NCBI GenBank assembly: GCA_045401115.1
Contig: CP174359.1
Location: 291,247-355,246, forward strand
Source: Candidatus Phycocordibacter aenigmaticus
GTDB lineage: Bacteria > Patescibacteriota > Minisyncoccia > Phycocordibacterales > Phycocordibacteraceae
Direction: 5' to 3'
Length of the DNA: 64,000 nt
In this document: positions 10,436-21,955 of the stretch, piece by piece
How the letters are laid out: each line of letters opens with the position of its first letter
Position numbering within the stretch: the first letter of the stretch is position 1
Made by a program: the position numbers and the translations under genes
The notes under the pieces: generated by a model
Told to the model about the DNA's origin: nothing
Databases searched by the model: none
The model's input: only the letters and a program-made list of their open reading frames with translations

Positions 10436-11302
10436 ATGGAAGCGATTGGTATCATTTTTTTCTTTATATTTGGTCTTTTGATTGGCAGTTTTATAAATGT
10501 TCTTATACTTCGTTTTGGTTTTAAAGAAACGCCACGTCACCGATCTGCCTGTCAGGCATGCCAGAGTAGTTTGGCATGGTATGAGCTATTCCCCGTACTT
10601 TCTTATGTATTACTGCGAGGGAAGTGCCGCGCGTGTGGTAGCCGTATCGCGCTACAATACCCAGCGGTTGAACTCAGCACAGGAGTTCTGTTTGCGTTCT
10701 CTTTTAGCGTAGCTTTTCCTATCATTACCTTTGGTGGAGTGGTATCGTTCATCGCTCTGCTTATTTTTTGGGCGAGTTTTGTTGCGTTGGTGATATACGA
10801 CTTACGTCATACATTAGTCCCCACCATATTTGTATTTCCACTTTTAGGTGCAGCACTGCTTCTTCGTGTCGGAGAAATATTGTTTCTTGGAAGTATAACG
10901 CCAATATATGATGCTTTTTTAGGCGCAGCACTACTTGGCGGAATTATTGGCGTGCTGGTACTGGTAACACGCGGCAGAGGAATGGGCGTTGGTGATATTT
11001 ATATTGCACTTGCGTTAGGGCTTATGTTTGGCGTCGCACGGGGTATTGAAGTACTAACCATGGCATTTTGGATAGGTGCAGTAGTAGGACTTACTCTGAT
11101 TACTGTAGGGGCACTACGACGCCATATACGCTTATCCTCACTCCGTCTTGCTCATCAAGCTCAGACCGATCAAAAACAGTTTAGAATGAAGAGTGAAGTG
11201 CCTTTCATTCCGTTTCTTTTTGCTGCGGCATTGATTGGTGCCTATACGTGGTTCTCTCCATTTATGTGGATTGGTACATTCACAAATTTACTATTGCCAT
11301 GA
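10436..11302 (+). CDS. pilD: prepilin peptidase PilD (A24 family)
   Basis: N-terminal CxxC...CxxC zinc-binding segment, multiple TM helices and a conserved Asp-containing GVGDIY-like motif. Confidence 0.85.
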   Translation: MEAIGIIFFFIFGLLIGSFINVLILRFGFKETPRHRSACQACQSSLAWYELFPVLSYVLLRGKCRACGSRIALQYPAVELSTGVLFAFSFSVAFPIITFGGVVSFIALLIFWASFVALVIYDLRHTLVPTIFVFPLLGAALLLRVGEILFLGSITPIYDAFLGAALLGGIIGVLVLVTRGRGMGVGDIYIALALGLMFGVARGIEVLTMAFWIGAVVGLTLITVGALRRHIRLSSLRLAHQAQTDQKQFRMKSEVPFIPFLFAAALIGAYTWFSPFMWIGTFTNLLLP

Positions 11303-11901
11303 TGATAAAAAAACATATTAAACACTCGTTTTTCGTCTCCACTACGAAAGGGTTTACCATTATTGAATTATTGGTTTCTGTAGGGATTCTTGCGGTTATT
11401 TCAAGCGTGGTGCTCGCGAACCATACGCGTTTCAATGGTTCTGTGCTCCTTGAGTCACTTGCGTATGACATTGGTCTTTCAATCCGCGAAGCACAAGTGT
11501 TTGGGGTTTCAGTACGTCAATATAATAGTCAGTTTCAAATCGGGTACGGGGTACGTTTTGCTGATAGTCAGTCATATAGCTTGTTTGCAGACGTCAACCA
11601 AAACAAAAGGTATGACGATGAAGATGAGATTATCCAAAACTATGCGCTGCAAAATGGATTCCGTATTCAAAAATTTTGTGGGGTGTTAGCAAATGGTCAT
11701 GTCGATTGCTCTACTGATACTTCGTCACCAATAACGCATTTATCAGTGGTGTTCCTGCGTCCCGATCCGGATGCGTCTATGACCTCAAACGAACTTGGAG
11801 TATCGTACTCACAAGGGAAGGTAACAGTTATTTCGCCAGGCGGTGATACACGTGAAGTTGAAATTGCCTCTACAGGACAAATATCGATAAAAAATCAATG
11901 A
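11299..11901 (+). CDS. minor pilin/pseudopilin with prepilin-type N-terminal cleavage/methylation domain
   Basis: TKGFTIIELLVSVGILAV leader. ATGA overlap with the pilD stop. Confidence 0.6.
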   Translation: MMIKKHIKHSFFVSTTKGFTIIELLVSVGILAVISSVVLANHTRFNGSVLLESLAYDIGLSIREAQVFGVSVRQYNSQFQIGYGVRFADSQSYSLFADVNQNKRYDDEDEIIQNYALQNGFRIQKFCGVLANGHVDCSTDTSSPITHLSVVFLRPDPDASMTSNELGVSYSQGKVTVISPGGDTREVEIASTGQISIKNQ

Positions 11902-12503
11902 ATACTCAACGACAACATAGTATGAAAAAAAATAATCGTGCATTCACGCTTATTGAAATGATGGTTGCAGTGAGTATTTTTGCAATGGTCATGATGATTG
12001 GCGTCGGTGCACTTCTCTCGCTTGTTGAAGCAAATCGTCGTGCACAAGCTATTAACTCGGTTATGAATAACTTGAACGCGGCACTTGAAAGTATGACGCG
12101 TTCCACGCGCGTTGGTACCACATACTACTGTCAGTCTTCTGCAGTGCCACCATCTAAGGGGACATTAAGTCAACCAAGAGGGTGTACTGCCGGGGCTCTC
12201 CTCGCATTTGAATCTTCTCAAGGTAATCATAACGATAACAATGATCAAGTTGTGTATCGGCTCAATGGTACTCAAATTGAACGCTCTCTTGATTCAGGTG
12301 ACACGTGGGTTGCGCTCACCGCACCGGAAGTAACCATTGAAACACTGCAGTTTTATGTCGTGGGAGCTGAGTCGTTTTCAGATGCCGGAGACCGTATACA
12401 ACCACGCGTGCTTATGCGTATAAAAGGGTCAGCACCAATACCTGGCGGTACGACACAGTTTAATGTGCAGGCAAGTGTGGTGCAGCGAATCTTAGATATA
12501 TGA
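11898..12503 (+). CDS. minor pilin/pseudopilin (prepilin-type N-terminal domain)
   Basis: NRAFTLIEMMVAVSIFAMV leader. ATGA overlap with the upstream gene. Confidence 0.65.
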   Translation: MNTQRQHSMKKNNRAFTLIEMMVAVSIFAMVMMIGVGALLSLVEANRRAQAINSVMNNLNAALESMTRSTRVGTTYYCQSSAVPPSKGTLSQPRGCTAGALLAFESSQGNHNDNNDQVVYRLNGTQIERSLDSGDTWVALTAPEVTIETLQFYVVGAESFSDAGDRIQPRVLMRIKGSAPIPGGTTQFNVQASVVQRILDI

Positions 12504-13013
12504 GTATAGAAAAAACAAACACATCGAAGAAGGTGAGGGGATTCACATTGATTGAAACGCTTGTTGCTGTTTCTGTGCTTCTTATTTCACTTACTGGTCC
12601 ACTGTCTATTGCTACACAGTCGCTTAATTCAGCATATTATGCGCGTGATCAAATTACCGCTTTTTATCTTGCGCAAGAAGCGGTTGAATATGTCCGCGCG
12701 GTGCGTGATGAAAACTATTTACGTAATCGAGGATGGCTGACCGGGTTGAATAATTGTGTTGATACAAAATGTACTATCAATTTCCCTGATTTTAATCACA
12801 ATCCATGTGGAAGTACCTGTGGTCCGGTGCTCATTAACAGAAATAATGAATTATTTGGAGACAATGTCGGCGACCCAACTATATATACTCGCTCTATGCT
12901 ACTTGAAACTATTCCAGGGTATCCTGATGAGATAACGATTCGGGTTGTTGTGTCATGGAAAACAGGTGGATTAAACCGACAATTTACTATTTCCGAGCAA
13001 CTGTTAAATTGGC

Positions 13014-13024
<11 letters not shown>
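12500..13024 (+). CDS. minor pilin/pseudopilin (prepilin-type N-terminal domain)
   Basis: VRGFTLIETLVAVSVLLI leader. ATGA overlap. Confidence 0.65.
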
Positions 13025-15541
<2,517 letters not shown>

Positions 15542-15589
15542 GGTAGTGCTCACTTTTTAGTTTTTCACTAATACTGGTATTATTACTTC

Positions 15590-15886
15590 ATGTCAGTCTC
15601 AAAAGACGAAGTTATCAAATATGCTGAATTGTCTCGCATCGCGCTTTCCGATGAAGAGGTTTCCAATTTACAAAAAGATCTTGATGCAATCGTTGACTAT
15701 ATTGATGTAATTAAAAATATTGATATTCCTGATGGTGTTGCTGCTTCACCTCATCTCGATGTGGAGAATGCGATGCGCGCTGATGATGAACCTTATGAAG
15801 AGGGAATCTTTACTGAAAAAATACTCAACCAGGTGCCACAGAAGGAGGGTGAATACGTTAAAGTAAAAAATATCTTAGACAGATAA
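15590..15886 (+). CDS. gatC: Asp-tRNA(Asn)/Glu-tRNA(Gln) amidotransferase subunit C
   Basis: About 98 aa with a GatC-like pattern. It is immediately upstream of gatA. Confidence 0.8.
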   Translation: MSVSKDEVIKYAELSRIALSDEEVSNLQKDLDAIVDYIDVIKNIDIPDGVAASPHLDVENAMRADDEPYEEGIFTEKILNQVPQKEGEYVKVKNILDR

Positions 15887-15887
15887 T

Positions 15888-17303
15888 ATGGATGTAACCA
15901 CACTCAATGCTGTTGAATTAGCAAAAGGATACCGGAAAGGTGATTTCACTGTGCGTTCTGTGGTGCAAGCGTATCTTGATAAAATCGAAAAAGAAAATCA
16001 TAAATTCAATGTATATCTCGAAGTATTTAATGATGTCCTGGAAGCTGCTGACCGTGCAGATGCAATACTGCAAAAAGAAGGAGCAAATGCTCACGTGCTT
16101 TGTGGTGTCCCTATTGCAGTTAAAGACAATATTCTAATCGAAGGAAAAATTGCTTCAGCGGCTTCAAAAATGCTTGAAAATCATGTTGCAACGTACGATG
16201 CGACAGCGATAGACCGTTTAAAAAAAACAGGCGCTGTTTTTCTTGGGAGGACTAATATGGATGAATTTGCTATGGGTACTTCTACTGAGCATTCTGCGTT
16301 TGGTCCCACTAAGAACCCTATTGACCCAACTCGTGTCCCTGGCGGCAGTTCAGGTGGTTCAGCAGCGGCAGTCAGCGCATTATTGGCACCGATCGCACTC
16401 GGTACTGATACTGGTGGATCAGTGCGTCAGCCGGCGAGCCTCTGTGGGGTATATGGGTTCAAACCTACGTATGGCGGTATCTCTCGTTTCGGTTTAATTG
16501 CTATGGGGTCTTCACTTGATCAACTTGGTGTTATTACACGTAACGTGAGTGATATTGAGGAAGTGTTCTCAGTCGTCAAAGGTCATGATAAAAATGATGC
16601 CACCAGCTTGCCATCAGTAGGCGATATGCCGGTAAAAAATAAAAAAATAGGCGTACCGAGAGCATTTATTGCCGATGCTGAACCTGATGTAGTGGAAGAG
16701 TTTGAAAAGAGTCTTGAAGTGCTCAAAGAAAAAGGGTATGAAATTGTAGATATCGAGCTACCTATTATTGGTCATGCGTTGGCAGCGTACTACATTATTA
16801 TGCCTGCTGAAGTTTCCACCAACCTCACTCGTTTTGATGGTGTACGTTATGGTCTGCATCTTGAAGGAGATAACTTACTTGATGAATATAAGAAAACTCG
16901 TGCTGCGGGGTTTGGTGCAGAGACACGTCGACGTATCGTGCTTGGTACATACCTGCTTTCTTCAGGATATGCTGAAGCGTACTATCACCGTGCAACAGCA
17001 TTGCGCAGTACACTCGTAAAAGATTTAGACGCTATTTTTGAAGATGTTGCATATATTGCCACTCCTACTGCGCCTCGTCCCGCGTTTAAGGTTGGTGAAA
17101 AACAAGACCCCGTATCACTTTATTTAGAAGATGTGTTTACTGTATCGGCAAATTTAGCGGGAATACCTGCCATCTCAGTTCCACACGCTCAGGTTGCGCG
17201 CGACGGTGTACAACTACCGGTTGGTATACAGTTCATGAGTCAAAAACGAACTGAACAAGCACTTTTTTCTATCGCCCGTGACCTAATGGGAGAGGAGGCA
17301 TAA
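15888..17303 (+). CDS. gatA: Asp-tRNA(Asn)/Glu-tRNA(Gln) amidotransferase subunit A (amidase)
   Basis: Amidase signature GGSSGGSAAAV and a Ser-cisSer-Lys triad context. Confidence 0.9.
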   Translation: MDVTTLNAVELAKGYRKGDFTVRSVVQAYLDKIEKENHKFNVYLEVFNDVLEAADRADAILQKEGANAHVLCGVPIAVKDNILIEGKIASAASKMLENHVATYDATAIDRLKKTGAVFLGRTNMDEFAMGTSTEHSAFGPTKNPIDPTRVPGGSSGGSAAAVSALLAPIALGTDTGGSVRQPASLCGVYGFKPTYGGISRFGLIAMGSSLDQLGVITRNVSDIEEVFSVVKGHDKNDATSLPSVGDMPVKNKKIGVPRAFIADAEPDVVEEFEKSLEVLKEKGYEIVDIELPIIGHALAAYYIIMPAEVSTNLTRFDGVRYGLHLEGDNLLDEYKKTRAAGFGAETRRRIVLGTYLLSSGYAEAYYHRATALRSTLVKDLDAIFEDVAYIATPTAPRPAFKVGEKQDPVSLYLEDVFTVSANLAGIPAISVPHAQVARDGVQLPVGIQFMSQKRTEQALFSIARDLMGEEA

Positions 17304-17325
17304 GTTTCCCTGATATTATAGGAGT

Positions 17326-18024
17326 ATGGATTGGCTCCATTTTTTAAACCTTCAGTATATCTATTGCGTTATATACTCGTTCTTTGGTAACGAGTGTAAC
17401 GATGTGGGCGGTTTTGGTAATGACGGCAGTTTCGGCAATGGTGGTAGTATCGCATCTACAACACCAAGCGCCGGTGGAGGTGTGTTGGACCAAATAGGCG
17501 AGGTATTTTTTTCAGTATTTAGTACGTTAGGAAATTTCTTCTCGCCATTGATAAAGTCGATCTGGGGTTTTTACAGTGGTCTGGCGTGGGGTATTTCTTT
17601 CTTTCTTTTTTTAGTGATGATATTTGCACTCGGGAGTCTGTTGTTTATTCGGCTGCGTGAAATTAACAAATATGGCACCTTACCGCCTGAAACCGAAAAG
17701 GAATCAATCCGCACGGCGCGGTGGGAAGAGTTGCTTGAAGAAACAATGGTCACCGATCCAAAGCGATGGCGCCACGCTATTCTTGAAGCCGACAGCATGT
17801 TGGGTGAATTATTAGAGCGTCTTGGGTATGCTGGCGCGACCACTACGGATAAAATGCGCTCTCTACCGGAAGACGCGTTCGTGACGGTACCGGTTGCTTG
17901 GGAAGCACATCGTATTCGAAACTTTATTTCCGCAGGTTCCAGCGATTTTATTTTGACCCAACGCGAGGCGTTCCGCGTGATGAAACTGTACGAACAAGTA
18001 TTTGAAGAATTTCACTTTATATAG
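17326..18024 (+). CDS. hypothetical membrane protein (Gly-rich N-terminus, one TM, conserved C-terminal helical domain)
   Basis: Intact ORF. The hydrophobic segment is followed by a charged domain. No family recognised. Confidence 0.35.
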   Translation: MDWLHFLNLQYIYCVIYSFFGNECNDVGGFGNDGSFGNGGSIASTTPSAGGGVLDQIGEVFFSVFSTLGNFFSPLIKSIWGFYSGLAWGISFFLFLVMIFALGSLLFIRLREINKYGTLPPETEKESIRTARWEELLEETMVTDPKRWRHAILEADSMLGELLERLGYAGATTTDKMRSLPEDAFVTVPVAWEAHRIRNFISAGSSDFILTQREAFRVMKLYEQVFEEFHFI

Positions 18025-18108
18025 GTCTTATAAAAATTGCGCGGAGGTGAGGTAAGAAGGGTGGTTATTGAAATTGATTAAAAACCGCGATATGATACTG
18101 TCTACCGT

Positions 18109-18182
18109 AGCGGGGTGGAGGAGAGGTACCTCGGGAGGCTCATAACCTCCAGGCCCTGGTTCGATTCCAGGCCCCGCAACCA
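18109..18182 (+). tRNA. tRNA-Met/Ile2 (anticodon CAT), CCA encoded, 1:72 mismatch (A:A), short D-loop
   Basis: Manual fold: acceptor GCGGGG/CCCCGC, D-stem GAGG/CCTC, anticodon stem GGAGG/CCTCC with loop CTCATAA, T-arm CCTGG-TTCGATT-CCAGG, then A-CCA. Confidence 0.6.
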
Positions 18183-18664
18183 CGAAAAGAAATTACATAG
18201 TAATTTCCTCGTGGCGAGCCATTGGGCGAGCTACGAGTAAAAATCCCTGCTGTGCAGGGATTTTTATATTTTTGTGAGCCCCGTGATTCGCTTAGCGAAT
18301 TCTACGAGGCACATAGTTCGTATACAATAAAACTATGTCTTTTTATTATGTATATGTTTTAGAAAATGAAAATGATAAAAGTTGGTATATTGGATACACA
18401 CCAGACTTAAAGCGTAGAGTAAAAGAACATCAAAATGGGAAAGGTGGACGAACCACAAGCCTTAAAAGTGGTTGGCAACTTATGTACTATGAGTCCTATC
18501 GCAACAAGAAAGATGCGGTAGGACGTGAACAGTTTCTCAAAAGTGGTTCAGGTAGGCGATTTTTGAAAAAGCAATTAGCGCACTATCTTGGTTCACAAAA
18601 GTAACAGAGTTCTCCTGTAACAGGAGAATTTTTGTGGCGCTTCCAAAAAGTGAGATAGCGAAGC
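18183..18664 (+). mobile_element. about 480-bp insertion at the 3-prime end of tRNA-Met carrying a GIY-YIG nuclease gene, bounded by a 19-bp direct repeat of the tRNA 3-prime end (TCCAGGCCCCGCAACCACG)
   Basis: The tRNA 3-prime end plus 2 nt is duplicated at 18665-18684. A terminator hairpin follows immediately, as expected for the original tRNA terminator. Internal hairpins are at about 18240-18268 and 18609-18633. Confidence 0.45.
18335..18604 (+). CDS. GIY-YIG nuclease family protein (small, YhbQ/UPF0213-like)
   Basis: YVYVLE...WYIGYT (GIY-YIG), a conserved Arg (KRRVKEH), Glu (REQF) and Asn. 89 aa. Confidence 0.7.
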   Translation: MSFYYVYVLENENDKSWYIGYTPDLKRRVKEHQNGKGGRTTSLKSGWQLMYYESYRNKKDAVGREQFLKSGSGRRFLKKQLAHYLGSQK

Positions 18665-18684
18665 GTCCAGGCCCCGCAACCACG
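18665..18684 (+). repeat. direct repeat of tRNA-Met 3-prime end (attR-like copy)
   Basis: Exact 19-20 nt match to 18164-18184. Confidence 0.6.
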
Positions 18685-18688
18685 TTAT

Positions 18689-18720
18689 AAAAACACCGGA
18701 CATATATCCGGTGTTTTTTA
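18689..18720 (+). terminator. rho-independent terminator AAAAACACCGGA-CATATAT-CCGGTGTTTTTT
   Basis: Perfect stem followed by a T6 run, read from the sequence. Confidence 0.7.
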
Positions 18721-18744
18721 AATAACGAAGTCGAGTGAATATCT

Positions 18745-19131
18745 CTACGCAATAAACCCTACATACGTTAAGAACGCTCCCAGAACAATAGCGAGCACAC
18801 TCCATCCCATAGTCACTTCTCGTGAGGAGAATATTTTTGCGAAACCAACAATAGTGTTATGAGGAAGAAGGAATAGTGCAGCGCCTTCTATGATGGCGAT
18901 CCATCCTATAAGAGAGATTATTATCTCTGTGAATGTGCCCCATACGTTGTGGCTGATTACTATCAAAAGTCCGATAATCAGCGCCAATGCGCCGTCAAAA
19001 TAAGGGAGAAGGTAACTTCGTGTCGCCTCAGAAAGCGCCTTTTGCATACGTGCCGGGTAGAGTAGGCCGGACAGGCCACCAACAAGCGCATAAACGCCAA
19101 ATATTTTAGCGATAAGTAGTGTTATATCCAT
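18745..19131 (-). CDS. hypothetical small membrane protein (4 TM)
   Basis: Hydrophobic 128-aa ORF with no overlapping alternative. Confidence 0.4.
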   Translation of the reverse strand: MDITLLIAKIFGVYALVGGLSGLLYPARMQKALSEATRSYLLPYFDGALALIIGLLIVISHNVWGTFTEIIISLIGWIAIIEGAALFLLPHNTIVGFAKIFSSREVTMGWSVLAIVLGAFLTYVGFIA

Positions 19132-19280
19132 AGAATTATGTTAAAGGTAGTTACAATAATACCTTTCTATTCATGGTAGCAGGAAAATATGTATGCACGT
19201 GTGGGGGTGTTAGTAGTGATGGCTGTGTCGAATGTTTATTATTTTATTTCTATACCAGTGATATAATGATATTAATACTT

Positions 19281-19973
19281 ATGTCTAAACCCAGCGAAAA
19301 AAAACATGCAATTGCATTGCGGAGGAAAGGTTTCAGTATTAAGGATATTGCTGAAAAAGTTGGTGTTTCTCGAGGGTCGGTAAGTGTTTGGGTCCGTGAT
19401 ATTTCACTGTCAGGAAAACAACGCGCGCGTTTAAAACAAAAAATGATTGATGGCGGTCATGCGGGGAGACTTGCTGGAGCTGCTTGGAATAAACAGCAGC
19501 GCCTTATTAGGCTCGCAAAACATAAAGAAAATGCTCTACAGAAAATTAAAAAAGTTTCCACTCAAGATTTATTTTTTCTTGGTCTCGGTCTTTATTGGGG
19601 CGAAGGTTTTAAGTCCGAAAAGGCTTCGGCAGGCTTTTCGAATTCAGACCCGCGAGTTATTAATGTGATGGTTGTATGGCTTGAGCAATGTATGAATATT
19701 CCACGTGATAGATTGCGGATGCAAATATTCATTAGTGATACTCACCGAGGGCGAGCTCAGGTGATTGAAAGGTATTGGTTAGAGGTTACAGGTCTCCCAA
19801 AGAGTCAATGTGCTAAAATTATTTTTTTACCTAAAACTAAGAAATTTTATGAAAATAAGGATTCATACTATGGTGTGTGTACAATACGAATTCTCAAAGG
19901 GACTGAAATTAGGGATAGAATTAATAGCTTAATTCAACGCACTTTTGATGTGCATGGACAATATAGGAGGTAA
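19281..19973 (+). CDS. HTH domain protein with a LAGLIDADG-like motif (LGLGLYWGEGFK); possible homing-endonuclease-derived protein
   Basis: N-terminal HTH (GFSIKDIAEKVGVSRGSVSVWVR). About 60 aa later GLGLYWGEG aligns to LAGLIDADG, with Glu at the catalytic acidic position. It sits directly upstream of a tRNA-Met gene. Confidence 0.4.
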   Translation: MSKPSEKKHAIALRRKGFSIKDIAEKVGVSRGSVSVWVRDISLSGKQRARLKQKMIDGGHAGRLAGAAWNKQQRLIRLAKHKENALQKIKKVSTQDLFFLGLGLYWGEGFKSEKASAGFSNSDPRVINVMVVWLEQCMNIPRDRLRMQIFISDTHRGRAQVIERYWLEVTGLPKSQCAKIIFLPKTKKFYENKDSYYGVCTIRILKGTEIRDRINSLIQRTFDVHGQYRR

Positions 19974-19996
19974 TGTAGTACTCTCTACAATATATT

Positions 19997-20069
19997 GCCG
20001 GTGTAGTTCAACGGTTAGAACGAGGGACTCATAAACCCTAGACGGAAGTTCGACTCTTCCCATCGGCAC
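19997..20069 (+). tRNA. tRNA-Met-type (anticodon CAT; could be initiator, elongator or Ile2-lysidine), CCA not encoded
   Basis: Acceptor GCCGGTG/CATCGGC, D-arm GTTC-AACGGTTA-GAAC, anticodon loop CTCATAA, T-arm GGAAG-TTCGACT-CTTCC. Confidence 0.6.
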
Positions 20070-20076
20070 AGATCAT

Positions 20077-20259
20077 ATGTCAGAGAAATATAATAGAGAA
20101 AAGGACTCAACTGTTTGTACTGAGTGTGGTGGTACCGGTGAAAAAGATGTAAATGATCACACATTCGTTGGTGGTTTTTTTGGAATGATAAAAAGAGGGG
20201 TTGAAAAATGTGAAGGCTGCCGCGGTCACGGCACCACAAAAGGGCCGAGACAAAAGTGA
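20077..20259 (+). CDS. small zinc-ribbon protein (two CxxCxGxG motifs, DnaJ-type zinc-finger-like)
   Basis: CTECGGTGE...CEGCRGHG in a 60-aa ORF. Confidence 0.3.
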   Translation: MSEKYNREKDSTVCTECGGTGEKDVNDHTFVGGFFGMIKRGVEKCEGCRGHGTTKGPRQK

Positions 20260-20274
20260 TACACTAAGTAGTAT

Positions 20275-20538
20275 ATGGATCCCATAACGATACTTGGTGT
20301 ATGTGGTGCGAGTATTATTTTAATCTTCTTTCTACTCAATCAACTCAAAGTGCTTTCTGTTGAAAGTATTTGGTACGATAGTGCAAATCTCCTTGGTTCC
20401 GGCATGCTCATTATTTATGCATACCTTATTGGGTCATTACCGTTTATTATTTTAAATGTCGTATGGTTTCTTTTTTCATTCAAAGATGTGGTTGCTTATT
20501 GGACACGAAAAGAGTCCCCACTGAGTGTTGATAAATAA
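20275..20538 (+). CDS. hypothetical small membrane protein
   Basis: Two predicted TM helices. 87 aa. Confidence 0.3.
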   Translation: MDPITILGVCGASIILIFFLLNQLKVLSVESIWYDSANLLGSGMLIIYAYLIGSLPFIILNVVWFLFSFKDVVAYWTRKESPLSVDK

Positions 20539-20557
20539 ATGCTAAACTGACCGTTAT

Positions 20558-21514
20558 ATGGAAATTTTGATTTGGGGAGGGGTTTTTGTGGTTTCTCTTG
20601 TCGCTCTTGTTAAAGGAGCAGACTGGGTTCTTGATAATTCAAAGAAAATTGGACTCGCGCTCGGCCTCTCTCCGTTTATTATTGGTGTGGTAATTCTTGG
20701 TTTTGGTACATCCGCTCCAGAATTAGTCTCTTCTATTTTCGCGGTGTTACAAAAGGCGACAGAAATTCCAGTTGCGAACGCAATTGGCTCTAATATCGCC
20801 AATATCCTCTTAGTCGTCGGTTTATCGGCAGTAGTGGCACGAGGAAGGTTTGAAGCCACTAAGAGCCTCATTGATCTTGAGATCCCGTTACTAATACTCG
20901 CCACCTCCTATTTCTTTGGTGTTGCTTATGATGGTGTGGTAACTCCTGTAGAAGGTATATTTTTATTGGCTGGTTTCGTAGTATATATTCTCTATACATT
21001 GCTTTCAGGAAATGGGGAGTCAGCGGTTGCTGCACTTGAAACTGAAGAAGAAAAAGCAGGTAAACGAATTACGCTTTCTGATATTTTCTTTCTTGTTGTC
21101 GGTTTTGCACTGTTAATCTTTGGTGCTCAATACCTTGTTGAATCAGTATTAGTACTTTCTCAATCACTTGGCATTTCAGTCGGCGTTATTACATTATTAG
21201 CGGTAGCACTTGGTACATCACTCCCGGAATTGGTGGTGTCAATTAAAGCAGCGCTCAGTGGTAACGCCGAAGTATCTATTGGAAACATCTTTGGCTCCAA
21301 CATTTTCAACCTCCTTTTGGTAGTAGGTGTTCCGGCGTTGATTACACCGCTTGCGATTGATACAGTAACGCTTACTGTGGCGTTGCCAGCGATGCTAGTA
21401 GCAACTATCCTCTTTGTTATCTCAGGCCTCTCTCAACGTATTCATTCCTGGGAAGGCATGTTCTACCTCCTCCTCTATGCGTTGTTTGTCGCTAAGATAT
21501 TTGGTTGGGCGTAG
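20558..21514 (+). CDS. CaCA family sodium/calcium exchanger (YrbG-like)
   Basis: Two alpha-repeat signatures, GTSAPEL and GTSLPEL, and about ten TM helices. Confidence 0.85.
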   Translation: MEILIWGGVFVVSLVALVKGADWVLDNSKKIGLALGLSPFIIGVVILGFGTSAPELVSSIFAVLQKATEIPVANAIGSNIANILLVVGLSAVVARGRFEATKSLIDLEIPLLILATSYFFGVAYDGVVTPVEGIFLLAGFVVYILYTLLSGNGESAVAALETEEEKAGKRITLSDIFFLVVGFALLIFGAQYLVESVLVLSQSLGISVGVITLLAVALGTSLPELVVSIKAALSGNAEVSIGNIFGSNIFNLLLVVGVPALITPLAIDTVTLTVALPAMLVATILFVISGLSQRIHSWEGMFYLLLYALFVAKIFGWA

Positions 21515-21638
21515 ATTGTTCTCAATTCGGTATATATTGAAAAGAAGTCGTTTTTAGGGTATCTTTTGGGAACTGCCGAAAGGTGGTAGTGACTGTTTGT
21601 GGGTGTAAGCGTTGGTTTGCACCTACAGGTATTTATTT

Positions 21639-21665
21639 GCGGGTGTAAGGAAACCTTGCGCCCGC
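21639..21665 (+). repeat. hairpin GCGGGTG-N14-GCCCGC that mimics the tRNA-Asp 5-prime end (copy 1)
   Basis: TTGCGGGTGTAAG recurs at 21637, 21783 and, as GGGTGTAAGCG, at 21601. The true tRNA begins TTGCGGGTGTAGCTC at 21847. Confidence 0.4.
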
Positions 21666-21784
21666 GGCGAGTTGAGAGAATACACTTCCTTTTTTCCGGC
21701 GCGGCAGTGAGAATGTAAACAAGCTTCCATTCTCACTTTGCTTGGAAAAACCGCGTATTCTCGTTAAACACTTGCGGGTGTAAG

Positions 21785-21810
21785 TAAATCTTTCACCCGC
21801 TGCATTCGGA
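21785..21810 (+). repeat. hairpin GCGGGTG-N12-CACCCGC that mimics the tRNA-Asp 5-prime end (copy 2)
   Basis: Perfect 7-bp inverted repeat, read from the sequence. Confidence 0.4.
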
Positions 21811-21849
21811 AATAATGTGAAAACAAGTTTTCCCGTTATATTCCTCATT

Positions 21850-21923
21850 TGCGGGTGTAGCTCAGATGGTTAGAGCGTCCGCCTGTCACGCGGAAGGTCG
21901 TGGGTTCAAGTCCCATCACTCGC
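21850..21923 (+). tRNA. tRNA-Asp (anticodon GTC)
   Basis: Acceptor GCGGGTG/CACTCGC (with a G-U pair), D-arm GCTCAGATGGTTAGAGC, anticodon stem TCCGC/GCGGA with loop CTGTCAC, T-arm GTGGG-TTCAAGT-CCCAT. Confidence 0.8.
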
Positions 21924-21927
21924 GCAT

Positions 21928-21954
21928 AGAAAAAACCGCCGTTATGGCGGTTTT
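21928..21954 (+). terminator. rho-independent terminator AAAAAACCGCCGTTATGGCGGTTTTT
   Basis: Read from the sequence. Confidence 0.7.
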
Positions 21955-21955
21955 T

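Noticed and set aside
18183-18664. The GIY-YIG cassette as a group I intron inside the tRNA
   Set aside because: The tRNA is intact upstream of the element, and the duplicated segment is a direct repeat of the tRNA end rather than a split exon. So it is an insertion beside the tRNA, not an intron within it.
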